Of a DNA stretch of 64,000 nucleotides, positions 10,070-21,190 are shown one piece after another. A model generated the notes under the pieces. That model searched no databases and had not been told where the DNA came from. It was given only the letters and a program-made list of their open reading frames with translations. Source of the DNA: Candidatus Scalinduaceae bacterium (GTDB lineage: Bacteria; Planctomycetota; Brocadiia; Brocadiales; Scalinduaceae); the NCBI GenBank assembly GCA_046759445.1, contig JBHICG010000008.1, positions 1 through 64,000 of the forward strand. Reading direction: 5' to 3'. The first letter of the stretch is position 1, and every line of letters starts with the position of its first letter. The position numbers and the translations under genes are program-made.

Positions 10070-11422
10070 TTGATGATAAATAGCGAATTGGATATTGATA
10101 CAATTTTGTCCTCAGAAAATTTAACCAGGGAAGACTTTATCGAGTTAAGAAAAAGGGTTTATTCTTCTAAAGGTGAATTAGAAAAACTTCAGGAAAAAGT
10201 ACAAAAGTTGACATTGTCAATCAGTAAGTCAAGAGACTCTCAAAAAGTAAAGGAAAACACGCTTATTTTGGGGATATGCCATTGGATATCGGGAAACATA
10301 GACGAAGCTATAGAATTACTCTATACGCTAAAGTCCCGCAAAATTGCCTCTTATTTCCTGGGAAAATGTTATCAAGAGCATGGAGATTATGAAAAGGCGA
10401 TTGAATGTCTTGAGCGTTCACAGCCATCTGATACTGAAGATTTCGAAATACAAATGGATATAGCAGAAACAAAGAGAATGGATGGTGACCTACAAAATGC
10501 CCTGAAATTAGTAAAAAAACTGTCAAAGACGCATGATAACGAAGCTGACTTACATTATCAATGGGCACATTGTCTAGATAATCTTGGTGAACGAGAAGAT
10601 GCTATGGCCCATTATAATCATGCATTAGAGATCGATCCGACACATAGTAGCACTTTGTTTCGTCTTGCTTATAATTATGATCTTAAAGGGGATGACGAAA
10701 AGGCAATTGAATATTACGAAAAATGTGTTAGACATGTTCCCGCATATATTAATGCTGTCATAAACCTGGGAATACTTTATGAAGATCATGAAGATTATGA
10801 AAAGGCCATGTATTGTTTTGAGACAGTATTAAAATCAAATCCTAATCACGAAAAAGCAAGGCGTTTTCTCAAAGATACAAGAGCATGTTTAAAAATGTAT
10901 TATGATGAAGACAAGGCAAAGAAAAAAGATGAGGAGAGCGAAGTCTTAAACATACCAATCTCAGATTTTGAGCTTTCTGTTAGGAGCAAAAATTGCCTGG
11001 AGCGAATGAATATAAAAACACTCGCTGATTTAACAAAGATAACAGAAACAGATCTATTAACTTATAAAAATTTTGGAGAAACTTCTTTAACAGAAGTTAA
11101 ACATATACTTAGTCAAAAAGGGTTGCGTCTTGGACAGTCACTTGAAGAAAAGAAACAAGCAGACAAGCTCGTTGATTTTGATGCTAGTGCTGACAAAGAA
11201 AAACTCTCAAAACCAATATCTGAATTAACGCTTTCAACTCGCTGCAGAAAGTCTCTTGAAAAGATGAAAATTGAAACAATAGGTGATTTAGTATTTAAAA
11301 CAGAATCCGAACTTTTAAGACGTAAGGGCTTTAAACAGACATATATTGATGAAATAAAGGAACAGCTTGGTATTTGTGGTTTTAAGGTTCATGGTGGAAT
11401 GAATAACCAGTTAAACTCCTGA
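10070..11422 (+). CDS. TPR protein with two C-terminal RNA polymerase alpha-CTD-like domains
   Basis: Multiple TPRs, then PISDFELSVRSKNCLERMNIKT...KNFGETSLTEVK and a second copy ISELTLSTRCRKSLEKMKIET. Confidence 0.88.
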   Translation: MMINSELDIDTILSSENLTREDFIELRKRVYSSKGELEKLQEKVQKLTLSISKSRDSQKVKENTLILGICHWISGNIDEAIELLYTLKSRKIASYFLGKCYQEHGDYEKAIECLERSQPSDTEDFEIQMDIAETKRMDGDLQNALKLVKKLSKTHDNEADLHYQWAHCLDNLGEREDAMAHYNHALEIDPTHSSTLFRLAYNYDLKGDDEKAIEYYEKCVRHVPAYINAVINLGILYEDHEDYEKAMYCFETVLKSNPNHEKARRFLKDTRACLKMYYDEDKAKKKDEESEVLNIPISDFELSVRSKNCLERMNIKTLADLTKITETDLLTYKNFGETSLTEVKHILSQKGLRLGQSLEEKKQADKLVDFDASADKEKLSKPISELTLSTRCRKSLEKMKIETIGDLVFKTESELLRRKGFKQTYIDEIKEQLGICGFKVHGGMNNQLNS

Positions 11423-11613
11423 CTTACACTTAAGCCCAAACAGCACGCTAGTCATAAATCTCATGAGATTTATAACAAACCCCTTTAAATATCTCACCCA
11501 CTATTTTGATTAAGTGCCTGATTTCTGTTTTTCCACTATTTATTTGGCAGTCTTTGATATTATACACACAATATTGCTTAATAAACCATTTATGAACATT
11601 TAACAGTAACTTA

Positions 11614-12201
11614 ATGTTTGATTATATCCATGGTAGTATTGTATATAAAAAGCCTACAGAATTGACAGTAGAAGCCGATGGTATTGGTTATAAAATTAAC
11701 ATACCGCTATCAACGTTTGAAAGGCTTCAAAACAAAGAAGAAGCAAAAATATTCACAAGACTCTTAATAAAAGAGGATGAATTAAAAATTTATGGGTTTT
11801 CGTCACTTACTGAAAGAGATTTGTTCAATTTGCTTCTTTCTGTAAATGGTGTTGGACCAAACATGGCACTTACAATTTTATCTGGTTGTTCCGTAAGTCA
11901 ATTCAAAAAGTGTATTGTTGGGAACGACTTAGGAACATTACGGCACGTAAAGGGGATTGGGAAAAAAACTGCTGAAAGGATTATCCTGGAACTTAAAGAA
12001 ACTATTAAAGGTATCATGCCCGAAGAAGTATCTTCGGTTGAGGCACAGAAGATGGAGCTGATATCAGACGCTATAATGGCCATGATTTCGCTTGGTTATG
12101 CAAGGCCAATAGCGGAAAAGGCCGTAACCTCTGTTTCCGATAATTTTGATGCCTCAGAGGGTGTTGAGGCTCTTATCAAAAAAGCCTTAAGACATGCTTG
12201 A
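11614..12201 (+). CDS. ruvA: Holliday junction branch migration protein RuvA
   Basis: YGF...LLSVNGVGP, KGIGKKTAERIILELK. Confidence 0.96.
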   Translation: MFDYIHGSIVYKKPTELTVEADGIGYKINIPLSTFERLQNKEEAKIFTRLLIKEDELKIYGFSSLTERDLFNLLLSVNGVGPNMALTILSGCSVSQFKKCIVGNDLGTLRHVKGIGKKTAERIILELKETIKGIMPEEVSSVEAQKMELISDAIMAMISLGYARPIAEKAVTSVSDNFDASEGVEALIKKALRHA

Positions 12202-12427
12202 TTATTGTTATCTAAATTTTTAATATAAAAATAATTATGTGAACAATATAAATCACCCTGATCTACAATGTTGCTTTTATACAATTTGCCCAGCATCCTT
12301 GTTATACAAATACAATAAATTTGCACGAAGTAAGCTATGCAAATGATACCTGTGCAATAAAGTCCATGTAGCTTTGATTTTCAATTATTAGCAGGACATG
12401 CTGTAAGAGTGAACGGGTTTAAAGAAA

Positions 12428-13447
12428 ATGACTGATAACAACATCCTTTCTTACGGAAAAGTTTCTGAAGACAATAATCTTGATGCTGCACTCCGTCCAA
12501 AAAGATTCTGTGATTTCATAGGTCAAGAACTAATCAAAAAAAACCTGCTTGTATATATTGAAGCCTCAAAGAAAAGAGGTGATGTCCTTGACCATATTTT
12601 GTTTTCTGGTCCGCAAGGATTGGGGAAGACGACTCTTTCACAAATTATTGCTAATGAAATCAATGTGGAAATTAAGGCTACTTCAGGACCTGTTCTTGAC
12701 AAACCCGGTGACCTGGCAGGAATTCTGACTAATCTGAAACAAGGTGACGTACTTTTCATTGATGAAATTCATAGATTAAACACTACCATAGAAGAATATC
12801 TTTATTCAGCCATGGAAGATTTTTTTATTGATATCCTGATAGATCAGGGACCGAGTGCCAGATCCGTAAAGATTAAGCTTCCTCGTTTCACACTTATCGG
12901 TTCGACAACACGTGAAGGATTATTAACGTCTTCTTTTCATGCAAGGTTTGGTGTGTTGGAAAGATTAGACTTTTATACATGGGTTGAATTACAACGGATT
13001 GCTATTAAATCTGCCAAAATCCTGGGGGTTGGAATTGACGAGAAAAGTGCAGAAATGATTGCGAAAAGTTCAAGAGGTACTCCAAGGATTGTAAATAGAT
13101 TTGTAAGACGAATTAGGGATGTTGCACAAGTAAAAGGCAGTAATATGATTGTGGAAGACATTGTGGAAGAAGGCTTAAAAATGCTTGGGGTTGAAAAAAA
13201 TGGCCTTGGTGAAATGGATAGAAAAATATTGCAAGCAATTATACAACATGGTGGTGGACCGGTTGGTCTGAAAACAATCGCAGTTTCTGTAAATGAACAG
13301 GAAGATACTATAGAAGAAGTTTATGAACCTTTCTTGATTCAAAAAGGCTATCTGAGTAAAACACCTCGTGGAAGGATTGCTACACAACTGGCATTTAAAT
13401 ATATAGGACTTGATACTCTTATTGGAAAACAAAATACTCTTTTTTGA
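12428..13447 (+). CDS. ruvB: Holliday junction DNA helicase RuvB
   Basis: LRPK, GPQGLGKTT, FIDEIHRL, RGTPR, EPFLIQ, TPRGR. Confidence 0.97.
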   Translation: MTDNNILSYGKVSEDNNLDAALRPKRFCDFIGQELIKKNLLVYIEASKKRGDVLDHILFSGPQGLGKTTLSQIIANEINVEIKATSGPVLDKPGDLAGILTNLKQGDVLFIDEIHRLNTTIEEYLYSAMEDFFIDILIDQGPSARSVKIKLPRFTLIGSTTREGLLTSSFHARFGVLERLDFYTWVELQRIAIKSAKILGVGIDEKSAEMIAKSSRGTPRIVNRFVRRIRDVAQVKGSNMIVEDIVEEGLKMLGVEKNGLGEMDRKILQAIIQHGGGPVGLKTIAVSVNEQEDTIEEVYEPFLIQKGYLSKTPRGRIATQLAFKYIGLDTLIGKQNTLF

Positions 13448-13455
13448 TTTAAATA

Positions 13456-14061
13456 ATGAATCTATTATTACATATTTGTTGCGCAGGTTGTTTATGTGCC
13501 CCACTGGAAGAATTGAGGAAAGAAAAATTTCAAGTTCATGGTTATTTCTATAATCCAAATATCCACCCACTATTGGAATTCAGAAGAAGACTAAAGGCCG
13601 TTCGCGTATTTCAAGAAAGTGATCCTATAAATGTGGATTATTGTGAGGAGTACGGTTTGATGGAGTATTTGAAGAAGGTTGATTATGAAGGAAATAATAG
13701 ATGCGAAGATTGTTATAGATTAAGACTTACAAATACTGCACGGTATGCAAAGGAAAAAGGCTCTGATGCCTTTAGCTCAACGTTACTTTTTAGTAAACAT
13801 CAAGACCATGAAAATGTTAAAGAGGTAGGGGAACAAGTATCAGAACAAATTGGTATCCCTTTCCTATATAAGGATTACAGGTCCTTATGCGAATGCAGCC
13901 AAGAGATAGCAAATAAAAAAATGTTATACAAACAATCTTATTGTGGCTGTATCTTCAGCGAATACGAAAGATATAAAGATACAACACGTCATCTATACGA
14001 AGGTTGGAAGCTAGAGAATGACAGAAATAAAAAGAAGGATATACAAATTGTTAGTAAATAA
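13456..14061 (+). CDS. queH: Epoxyqueuosine reductase QueH (DUF208)
   Basis: LLLHICCA.C, FYNPNIHP, CxxC, YKQSYCGCIFS; lies near tgt. Confidence 0.88.
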   Translation: MNLLLHICCAGCLCAPLEELRKEKFQVHGYFYNPNIHPLLEFRRRLKAVRVFQESDPINVDYCEEYGLMEYLKKVDYEGNNRCEDCYRLRLTNTARYAKEKGSDAFSSTLLFSKHQDHENVKEVGEQVSEQIGIPFLYKDYRSLCECSQEIANKKMLYKQSYCGCIFSEYERYKDTTRHLYEGWKLENDRNKKKDIQIVSK

Positions 14062-15283
14062 AATAAGCCTTAAACATAAATACGCCATTGCGGTCATAGT
14101 TTTACTGATTGTCTCGCTTTTCATATCGCTTTCATGTTTTACTATCAATAAAAGAGACGAGTTTGTATATTACAAATACTTAAATAAACCACCTGATATT
14201 CGTGTCTTACTGCTCAAAGATGCAGAAAAAGCTAAAATAGAGATTAACACATCATACAGCATCTCGGACATGGATAATCATACAGTCTTTGCTCAAGGCC
14301 TTAAATTGCCAAAATCAAATATATATATGAACTCGGGCAAACTCTGGATAAAACCAGAGTCCTATCTTCCTAGAAATGAAGCCTCTAATTCCTTGATAAA
14401 GGCTAATAGTAGTATCAAACTTAGTTCTCACAATAATGGCTTTATCAAGTTAAATAACTCAAAGTATCAGGGTAAATTACTGATAATTCCACAAAAATCA
14501 GGAAAATTTTCTGTTTTAGAGGAAATAAATTTAGAGGATTACCTGCCTGGTGTCGTTGAGAGTGAGGTGCCATCAAGGTGGCAATATGATGCAATCCTTG
14601 CGCAAGTAATAGCAGCCAGGTCGTATGCAATTTTTCAAAAAAGAACCAATAATAATTCCCAATATCATGTTGGCAAACTGGATCTTGCTTATAATGGTTC
14701 CTATACAAAACAATCAAGAATAAAGGATATAGTTGATGGCTCTAGGGGAGTTGTAATGTTGTACAAATGGAAATTTTTCCCCGGATACTTTCATAGTACT
14801 TGTGGAGGTTATACTGAAGATATTAACTTAGTTTTTGGCCTTAAAAACATTACACCTTTAGGTGGCGTCAGTTGTGGGTACTGCGAAAAATCAAAATACT
14901 ATCAATGGAAAAAGGAAATCAAAAAGAGTGAAATTGAGAAAAAACTACATGATAATAAGGTTAATATCAAAAATATATACGATGTAGCTGCGGAAAAGAT
15001 TGGAAAAGGTGGCCACTGTGCAACAATCAAGATAAAACATTCGCAAGGTGTAAAAAGGTTTAATGCAAATGAATTCCGGCTCATGGTTGGACCAAATAAT
15101 TTACGAAGTACAGCTTTTAAGGTTAAAAACAATGGTGATTCATTAATTTTTGAAGGTAAGGGTTGGGGCCATGGTGTTGGATTATGCCAATATGGAATGC
15201 AGGATATGGCAAAATCTGGATTTAAGTGGTATGAAATACTGAAATACTATTATCCGGGTGTTGAACTTGTAAAGGTTTATTGA
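14018..15283 (+). CDS. SpoIID/LytB domain protein
   Basis: N-terminal TM; LEDYLPGVVESE, AQVIAARSYA, FHSTCGG, GWGHGVGLCQYG. Confidence 0.9.
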   Translation: MTEIKRRIYKLLVNKISLKHKYAIAVIVLLIVSLFISLSCFTINKRDEFVYYKYLNKPPDIRVLLLKDAEKAKIEINTSYSISDMDNHTVFAQGLKLPKSNIYMNSGKLWIKPESYLPRNEASNSLIKANSSIKLSSHNNGFIKLNNSKYQGKLLIIPQKSGKFSVLEEINLEDYLPGVVESEVPSRWQYDAILAQVIAARSYAIFQKRTNNNSQYHVGKLDLAYNGSYTKQSRIKDIVDGSRGVVMLYKWKFFPGYFHSTCGGYTEDINLVFGLKNITPLGGVSCGYCEKSKYYQWKKEIKKSEIEKKLHDNKVNIKNIYDVAAEKIGKGGHCATIKIKHSQGVKRFNANEFRLMVGPNNLRSTAFKVKNNGDSLIFEGKGWGHGVGLCQYGMQDMAKSGFKWYEILKYYYPGVELVKVY

Positions 15284-16414
<1,131 letters not shown>

Positions 16415-16469
16415 TGGATATTTTTAATTTATTCATAAACTTTACACTTATTATAAGGGAGATTTAAAA

Positions 16470-16778
16470 ATGAATTTCTTAATGGAAGCTGCAGGAGGCC
16501 AAATGAACTTTATGTCGCTTATAATACCATTTGCATTAATGTTTGCGATTCTTTACCTGCTGATTATCAGACCTCAGAGGCAAAAAGAAAGACAAAGACA
16601 AGATATGATTTCAAATATCAGGAAAAACGACCGAATAGTAACATTGGGCGGGATTCATGGTATTGTCCTTTCAGTAAAGGAAAAGGAACTTATAGTTATG
16701 GTGGATGAAGCCAAGGATGTAAAATTGAAAATCGATAAAAGCGCTGTAACATTGGTAACTATACCAAAGAGTGAATAA
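16470..16778 (+). CDS. yajC: Preprotein translocase subunit YajC
   Basis: TM segment followed by IRPQ...VTLGGIHG; lies between tgt and secD. Confidence 0.93.
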   Translation: MNFLMEAAGGQMNFMSLIIPFALMFAILYLLIIRPQRQKERQRQDMISNIRKNDRIVTLGGIHGIVLSVKEKELIVMVDEAKDVKLKIDKSAVTLVTIPKSE

Positions 16779-16818
16779 ATAAATGAAAAAATAGATTAAA
16801 GAACTAAGGAGACATTAC

Positions 16819-19800
16819 ATGCCAAGGAATTTGAGGTGGAAAATACCATTGATAGCAATACTTATTGCCGTTACGATATATGCGATCTATCCACCGGCTG
16901 ATAAGGTAATAAAGATGGAAGAGATTAAAGAGATAGATGGTGAAGTTGTCGAACGCACCGTAACAAAGGATTCTTTTTTTCGGTTTATATATAGTAAACT
17001 AAAAGTAAGAGAAAATATTATAAAGAAAGAAACTGATGAAAAAGGCTCGAATATAATTCATAAGAATGTCGAATATTTCGCTAGAGGGCAAATAAAGCTT
17101 GGCCTAGATTTAAGAGGAGGTTCCGAGCTGTTATATAAGATAAAAGTGGAAGAAGGTGAATATCACACGGGTTTAACCAATGAGATAATAGCGGTCTTAG
17201 AAAAGAGGATTGATCCACGAGGTGTGTTAGAGTATAGACTCCAGCAACAAGGTGCACGGAGGGTTCTTATACAGGTTCCTGGCGCAACCAAGAGTGAAAC
17301 CGAAAATCTTAAGGAACGAATAACTCGTCTGGGAAAACTAGAATTCAGACTCGCAGCTTCACCAGATAGCAGTGAATATAAAGATGCCAAAGAAGGGCAA
17401 ACAGTACCCGGTTATTACAAACACTGGCTTAAGAAGAAAAGGGGAGAAGTAGGAGAGACTGAAGATTGGTTTCTGGTAAGAAACAAGATTGAGATGACCG
17501 GTGAACATCTTTCAAGACTTTATCCTGATCGTAAAGATATTCAACCTGTAGTGGGGTTCGAATTTGACCAGGTAGGAAGGGCTAAATTTGGACGTTTGAC
17601 AGAACGTAATATTGGAAAACCCTTAGCAATTATTTTGGATGGAGTTTTATACTCCGCTCCAGTAATACGTGACAGAATTCGAGGCAAAGGCATCATAGAA
17701 GGCAATTTCACTTCTGAAGAGGTTAATGACTTGATCGCAGTGATGCGTGCAGGTAGTCTGCCCGCAGACCTTGAATTAGAGATGGAAACCACAGTAGGTC
17801 CGAGTTTGGGAAGAGATTCGATAAAAAAAGGACTTACGGCAGGTCTGATTGGTGGAGTATTTGTCATACTATTCATGTGCACATATTATCTGGGTGCGGG
17901 CATAGTATCAAATATTGCCTTCATAGTAAACATAATTATGGTCGTGGGAATTCTGTGTATACTGGAGGCAACACTAACACTTCCTGGTATTGCAGGCTTA
18001 GTATTGATGATTGGTATGGCCGTTGATGCAAATGTCTTAATTTATGAAAGAATCAGGGAAGAAAAAGAAAAAGGCAAGCCAATAAAACTTGCTGTTAAAA
18101 ATGGATATGAAAGAGCCTTTACAACGATTGTCGACTCTAATGTAACTACCTTAATTACGGCAACTATTTTATACGCTGTGGGGACCGGGCCAGTGAAGGG
18201 GTTTGCTATAGTCCTGATCGTAGGTCTTTTGATTAATATGTTTACGGCAGTATTTTTCACAAGAGTAATATTTGAAATACTTCTGGGAATTGGTTTTGTG
18301 CGAAAAATCTCGATGTTACAATTTTTCAGGAAACCCAGATTGTCTTTTATTACTTATAGGCGTTTTTTTGCGATTGCTTCACTTATCTTAATTCTAATTG
18401 GTATCTCAGTGTTTGTAGTTAGAGGTAAGGATAATTATGACATTGATTTTACAGGGGGAACCCTCATTCACATGAAGTTGAATAATCCAATACCTGTTGG
18501 TGATGTCAGGAATAAATTCTCAAATTTGGGCTATGAAGATGCAGAGGTTCAAAGTATCTGGGCAAGTAAAGATATTGCTAAGACTAAAATAGATTCTACA
18601 GAATTTGGAATCAGGATTAAAAGCCTGAATAATGAAAAAACCAAACAAAAAATAACAAATGACCTGATGGGTGTAATAGATGAAGGACTGTTTAAAAGAA
18701 TAGATTTTAACAAACCATATGATTTTAGTTTAATACTGGGTAGACCCATTGATGAATTCAAAATCCAGAACTATCTAAGAGAAGCTGACTACAGGAGAGA
18801 TAATATCGTCTCGATATATCCTGTTGGAAAGACAGCTAAAAAATACTCAATAAATGTTTCCGGATTTACGAATAAAAAATTCAGACTTGATACAATAAAA
18901 AATCTGACTTCTATCCTTACAGATTATTTAGAAACATCAACGGTAGAACCTCTTTTTGGTGATATCAAAGAGGAGCTTCCGACTATAACTGATGCAGCAA
19001 GAGGAGCACAGTACAGAGCCATTTCAATTATGGATATAGATTTTAAAAAGGTCGTTGACCCTACAGTTTTACAAATGGTACTTAATGAAGAAGGCTATGC
19101 AGATATTGAAGTGTTTGCAAAGGAATCGGTTAGAGGGAAAACTTTTCGAAAGAAGCTGCAAATATCCGGGGCGCGAGATGTTTTAGAGCAAATAAAGCAA
19201 ATGAGAGAGCCTATGAATATACCGTCCATTTTTGTAGAAGGTAATTCAATGATTCGAGTTGAGCTAAAGGAAGATATTGTAGAAGGTGCTTTAAGGAAGA
19301 TGTTATCAAGCTCAAGCAAATTAAGAAAATTGGTTGGAGAAATCGCTGGAATTGGCGTTACCGCTGAAAAATATTCAATTAGTATGAATGATCTCACCGC
19401 AGAAAAAGTACAGGAAAAAATCAGGGAGGATATTGGAAATACATTTGAACTTGATCTTTACATTGATAAAGCAAATGCCTCATCCCCTGACCCGTTTAAA
19501 AGGGTTGTTAGCATAGGCTCCACGGTTGCTAGTGAAATGAAAAGCAGAGCCGCTCTTGCACTGCTTTTTGCTTGCTTTGCAATAATAATATATATATGGT
19601 TCAGATTTGGTGAGTTTAAATTTGGGGCAACCGCCGTGATTACTCTTATCCACGATGTCTTAATCACCGTAGGCGCTGTAGCAATAGCCGACCATTTTGG
19701 AAATGTGTTTGGAGACATAAAAATAAATCTACCCATGATTGCTGCATTTCTGACGTTAATAGGCTATTCTTTAAATGATACAATTGTATTATTTGATCGC

Positions 19801-20157
19801 ATTAGAGAAAATCTAGCTGGCAAACAAAAAACCTTAACTAAGGAATTAATTGATAATAGTATTAATCAAAACCTGAATAGGACTATAATTACATCTTTAA
19901 CAACATTTGGTGTTGTTTCTACTCTTTATTTTGTTGGTGGTCCTGCAATTCATGGATTTGCTTTCGTTATGATGGTGGGAGTCGTAGTTGGGACATACTC
20001 TTCTATCTTTATAGCAAGTCCATTGCTGCTTGACTGGGATATCTTGAAAAAGATTTCTAAAATATTGTTTCTTTGTATAACATCACCATTATGGCTTCCA
20101 ATAAAACTCTTACGTATGAGTTCCAAAGAGAGAAAACTAAAACCTTCAAGGGCCTAA
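16819..20157 (+). CDS. secDF: Fused protein translocase SecD/SecF
   Basis: LGLDLRGG, GMAVDANVLIYERIRE (SecD); IDFTGG, GYSLNDTIVLFDRIRE, GTYSSIFIA (SecF). Confidence 0.95.
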   Translation: MPRNLRWKIPLIAILIAVTIYAIYPPADKVIKMEEIKEIDGEVVERTVTKDSFFRFIYSKLKVRENIIKKETDEKGSNIIHKNVEYFARGQIKLGLDLRGGSELLYKIKVEEGEYHTGLTNEIIAVLEKRIDPRGVLEYRLQQQGARRVLIQVPGATKSETENLKERITRLGKLEFRLAASPDSSEYKDAKEGQTVPGYYKHWLKKKRGEVGETEDWFLVRNKIEMTGEHLSRLYPDRKDIQPVVGFEFDQVGRAKFGRLTERNIGKPLAIILDGVLYSAPVIRDRIRGKGIIEGNFTSEEVNDLIAVMRAGSLPADLELEMETTVGPSLGRDSIKKGLTAGLIGGVFVILFMCTYYLGAGIVSNIAFIVNIIMVVGILCILEATLTLPGIAGLVLMIGMAVDANVLIYERIREEKEKGKPIKLAVKNGYERAFTTIVDSNVTTLITATILYAVGTGPVKGFAIVLIVGLLINMFTAVFFTRVIFEILLGIGFVRKISMLQFFRKPRLSFITYRRFFAIASLILILIGISVFVVRGKDNYDIDFTGGTLIHMKLNNPIPVGDVRNKFSNLGYEDAEVQSIWASKDIAKTKIDSTEFGIRIKSLNNEKTKQKITNDLMGVIDEGLFKRIDFNKPYDFSLILGRPIDEFKIQNYLREADYRRDNIVSIYPVGKTAKKYSINVSGFTNKKFRLDTIKNLTSILTDYLETSTVEPLFGDIKEELPTITDAARGAQYRAISIMDIDFKKVVDPTVLQMVLNEEGYADIEVFAKESVRGKTFRKKLQISGARDVLEQIKQMREPMNIPSIFVEGNSMIRVELKEDIVEGALRKMLSSSSKLRKLVGEIAGIGVTAEKYSISMNDLTAEKVQEKIREDIGNTFELDLYIDKANASSPDPFKRVVSIGSTVASEMKSRAALALLFACFAIIIYIWFRFGEFKFGATAVITLIHDVLITVGAVAIADHFGNVFGDIKINLPMIAAFLTLIGYSLNDTIVLFDRIRENLAGKQKTLTKELIDNSINQNLNRTIITSLTTFGVVSTLYFVGGPAIHGFAFVMMVGVVVGTYSSIFIASPLLLDWDILKKISKILFLCITSPLWLPIKLLRMSSKERKLKPSRA

Positions 20158-20184
20158 TTAACCTTAATAAAGAAAGGGAAAACA

Positions 20185-20988
20185 ATGGGAAGGGATACAC
20201 AAATAGGAATAATACTAGGTGTGGTAATACTCGTGATTATTGGTGTTTTTCTTAGTACAAGGACATCCGTAAAAGAACCAGAAATGCCAGGCTTAATTGC
20301 ACCGGACGAAGATATTTCCAAAATTGAAGAAATAGACATAAGTGAACTTATTAATGAACAAAAAGCTAGAAAAACTGAAAAAATAACTCCTGAAGAAGAT
20401 CTTACAAAAAGAACTCCTGCTGAATTATCCGCTAAAAACGAAGCTATAATTGAAGGTAAATGGGAAGGGTATAAAACAGAGATTGTAGATACAGAAATAG
20501 ATAAATCAGAGATACTGGTTACTGAAAAAGAATTACCAGAAGAAGCACCAGAAACAAAGAAAGAAATTGAAATACCTGTTATTAGAATTCAGAGCGAAGT
20601 AGTACATAAGGTAGTGTCAAATGATAACCTGTTTAACCTGTCAAAAAAATATTATGGTGATGAAGCGAAATGGATAAAGATTTACGAAGCAAATAAAGAT
20701 AATTTACCAAACCCTGATACCCTGTATGTAGGGCAAGAGCTATTGATACCTGATACTTCAGCATCTGAAGAAGAAGGTGAGGCTTTGCCTGAGAGTGAAC
20801 CTGATGAGGAGACACTTACGACCGGCAGGACACACATAGTGCGTCCTGGAGATACACTTTATGGTCTTGCCAAGAAATATTATAATAATACAACAATGTG
20901 GAAGAATATTTATGATGCTAATAAAGACATAATAGAAAGTAAAAGTTTATTAAAGGTGGGCCAAACACTTATTATTCCTGATAAATAA
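20185..20988 (+). CDS. Membrane-anchored protein with two LysM domains
   Basis: N-terminal TM, acidic linker, two H.V...D.L..L.KKYY...IY.AN...L.VGQ.L.IP repeats. Confidence 0.9.
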   Translation: MGRDTQIGIILGVVILVIIGVFLSTRTSVKEPEMPGLIAPDEDISKIEEIDISELINEQKARKTEKITPEEDLTKRTPAELSAKNEAIIEGKWEGYKTEIVDTEIDKSEILVTEKELPEEAPETKKEIEIPVIRIQSEVVHKVVSNDNLFNLSKKYYGDEAKWIKIYEANKDNLPNPDTLYVGQELLIPDTSASEEEGEALPESEPDEETLTTGRTHIVRPGDTLYGLAKKYYNNTTMWKNIYDANKDIIESKSLLKVGQTLIIPDK

Positions 20989-21005
20989 TGAATATTTTAA
21001 ACAAC

Positions 21006-21164
21006 GTCTAAATTGAGCGATTTTGTAGCCGCAACCTTGAGGTTGCGTGACTTACGAGGATCCATCAAATGATGAGAAACGCAGGCTTATCCCGTTGCTA
21101 ATATCTACGGGACTTAAGCACTGCGGCTACAATTGCATATAATATAAAATCGCTCAATTTTGGT
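21006..21164. mobile_element. 159-bp MITE, copy 1 (inverted relative to copies 2 and 3)
   Basis: TIR ~ACCTAAATTGAGCGATTTT; 3-bp flanking duplication AAC; near-identical to 23728-23886 and 26004-26162. Confidence 0.85.
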
Positions 21165-21190
21165 AACATTAATTATGAAAGGAAAATAAC

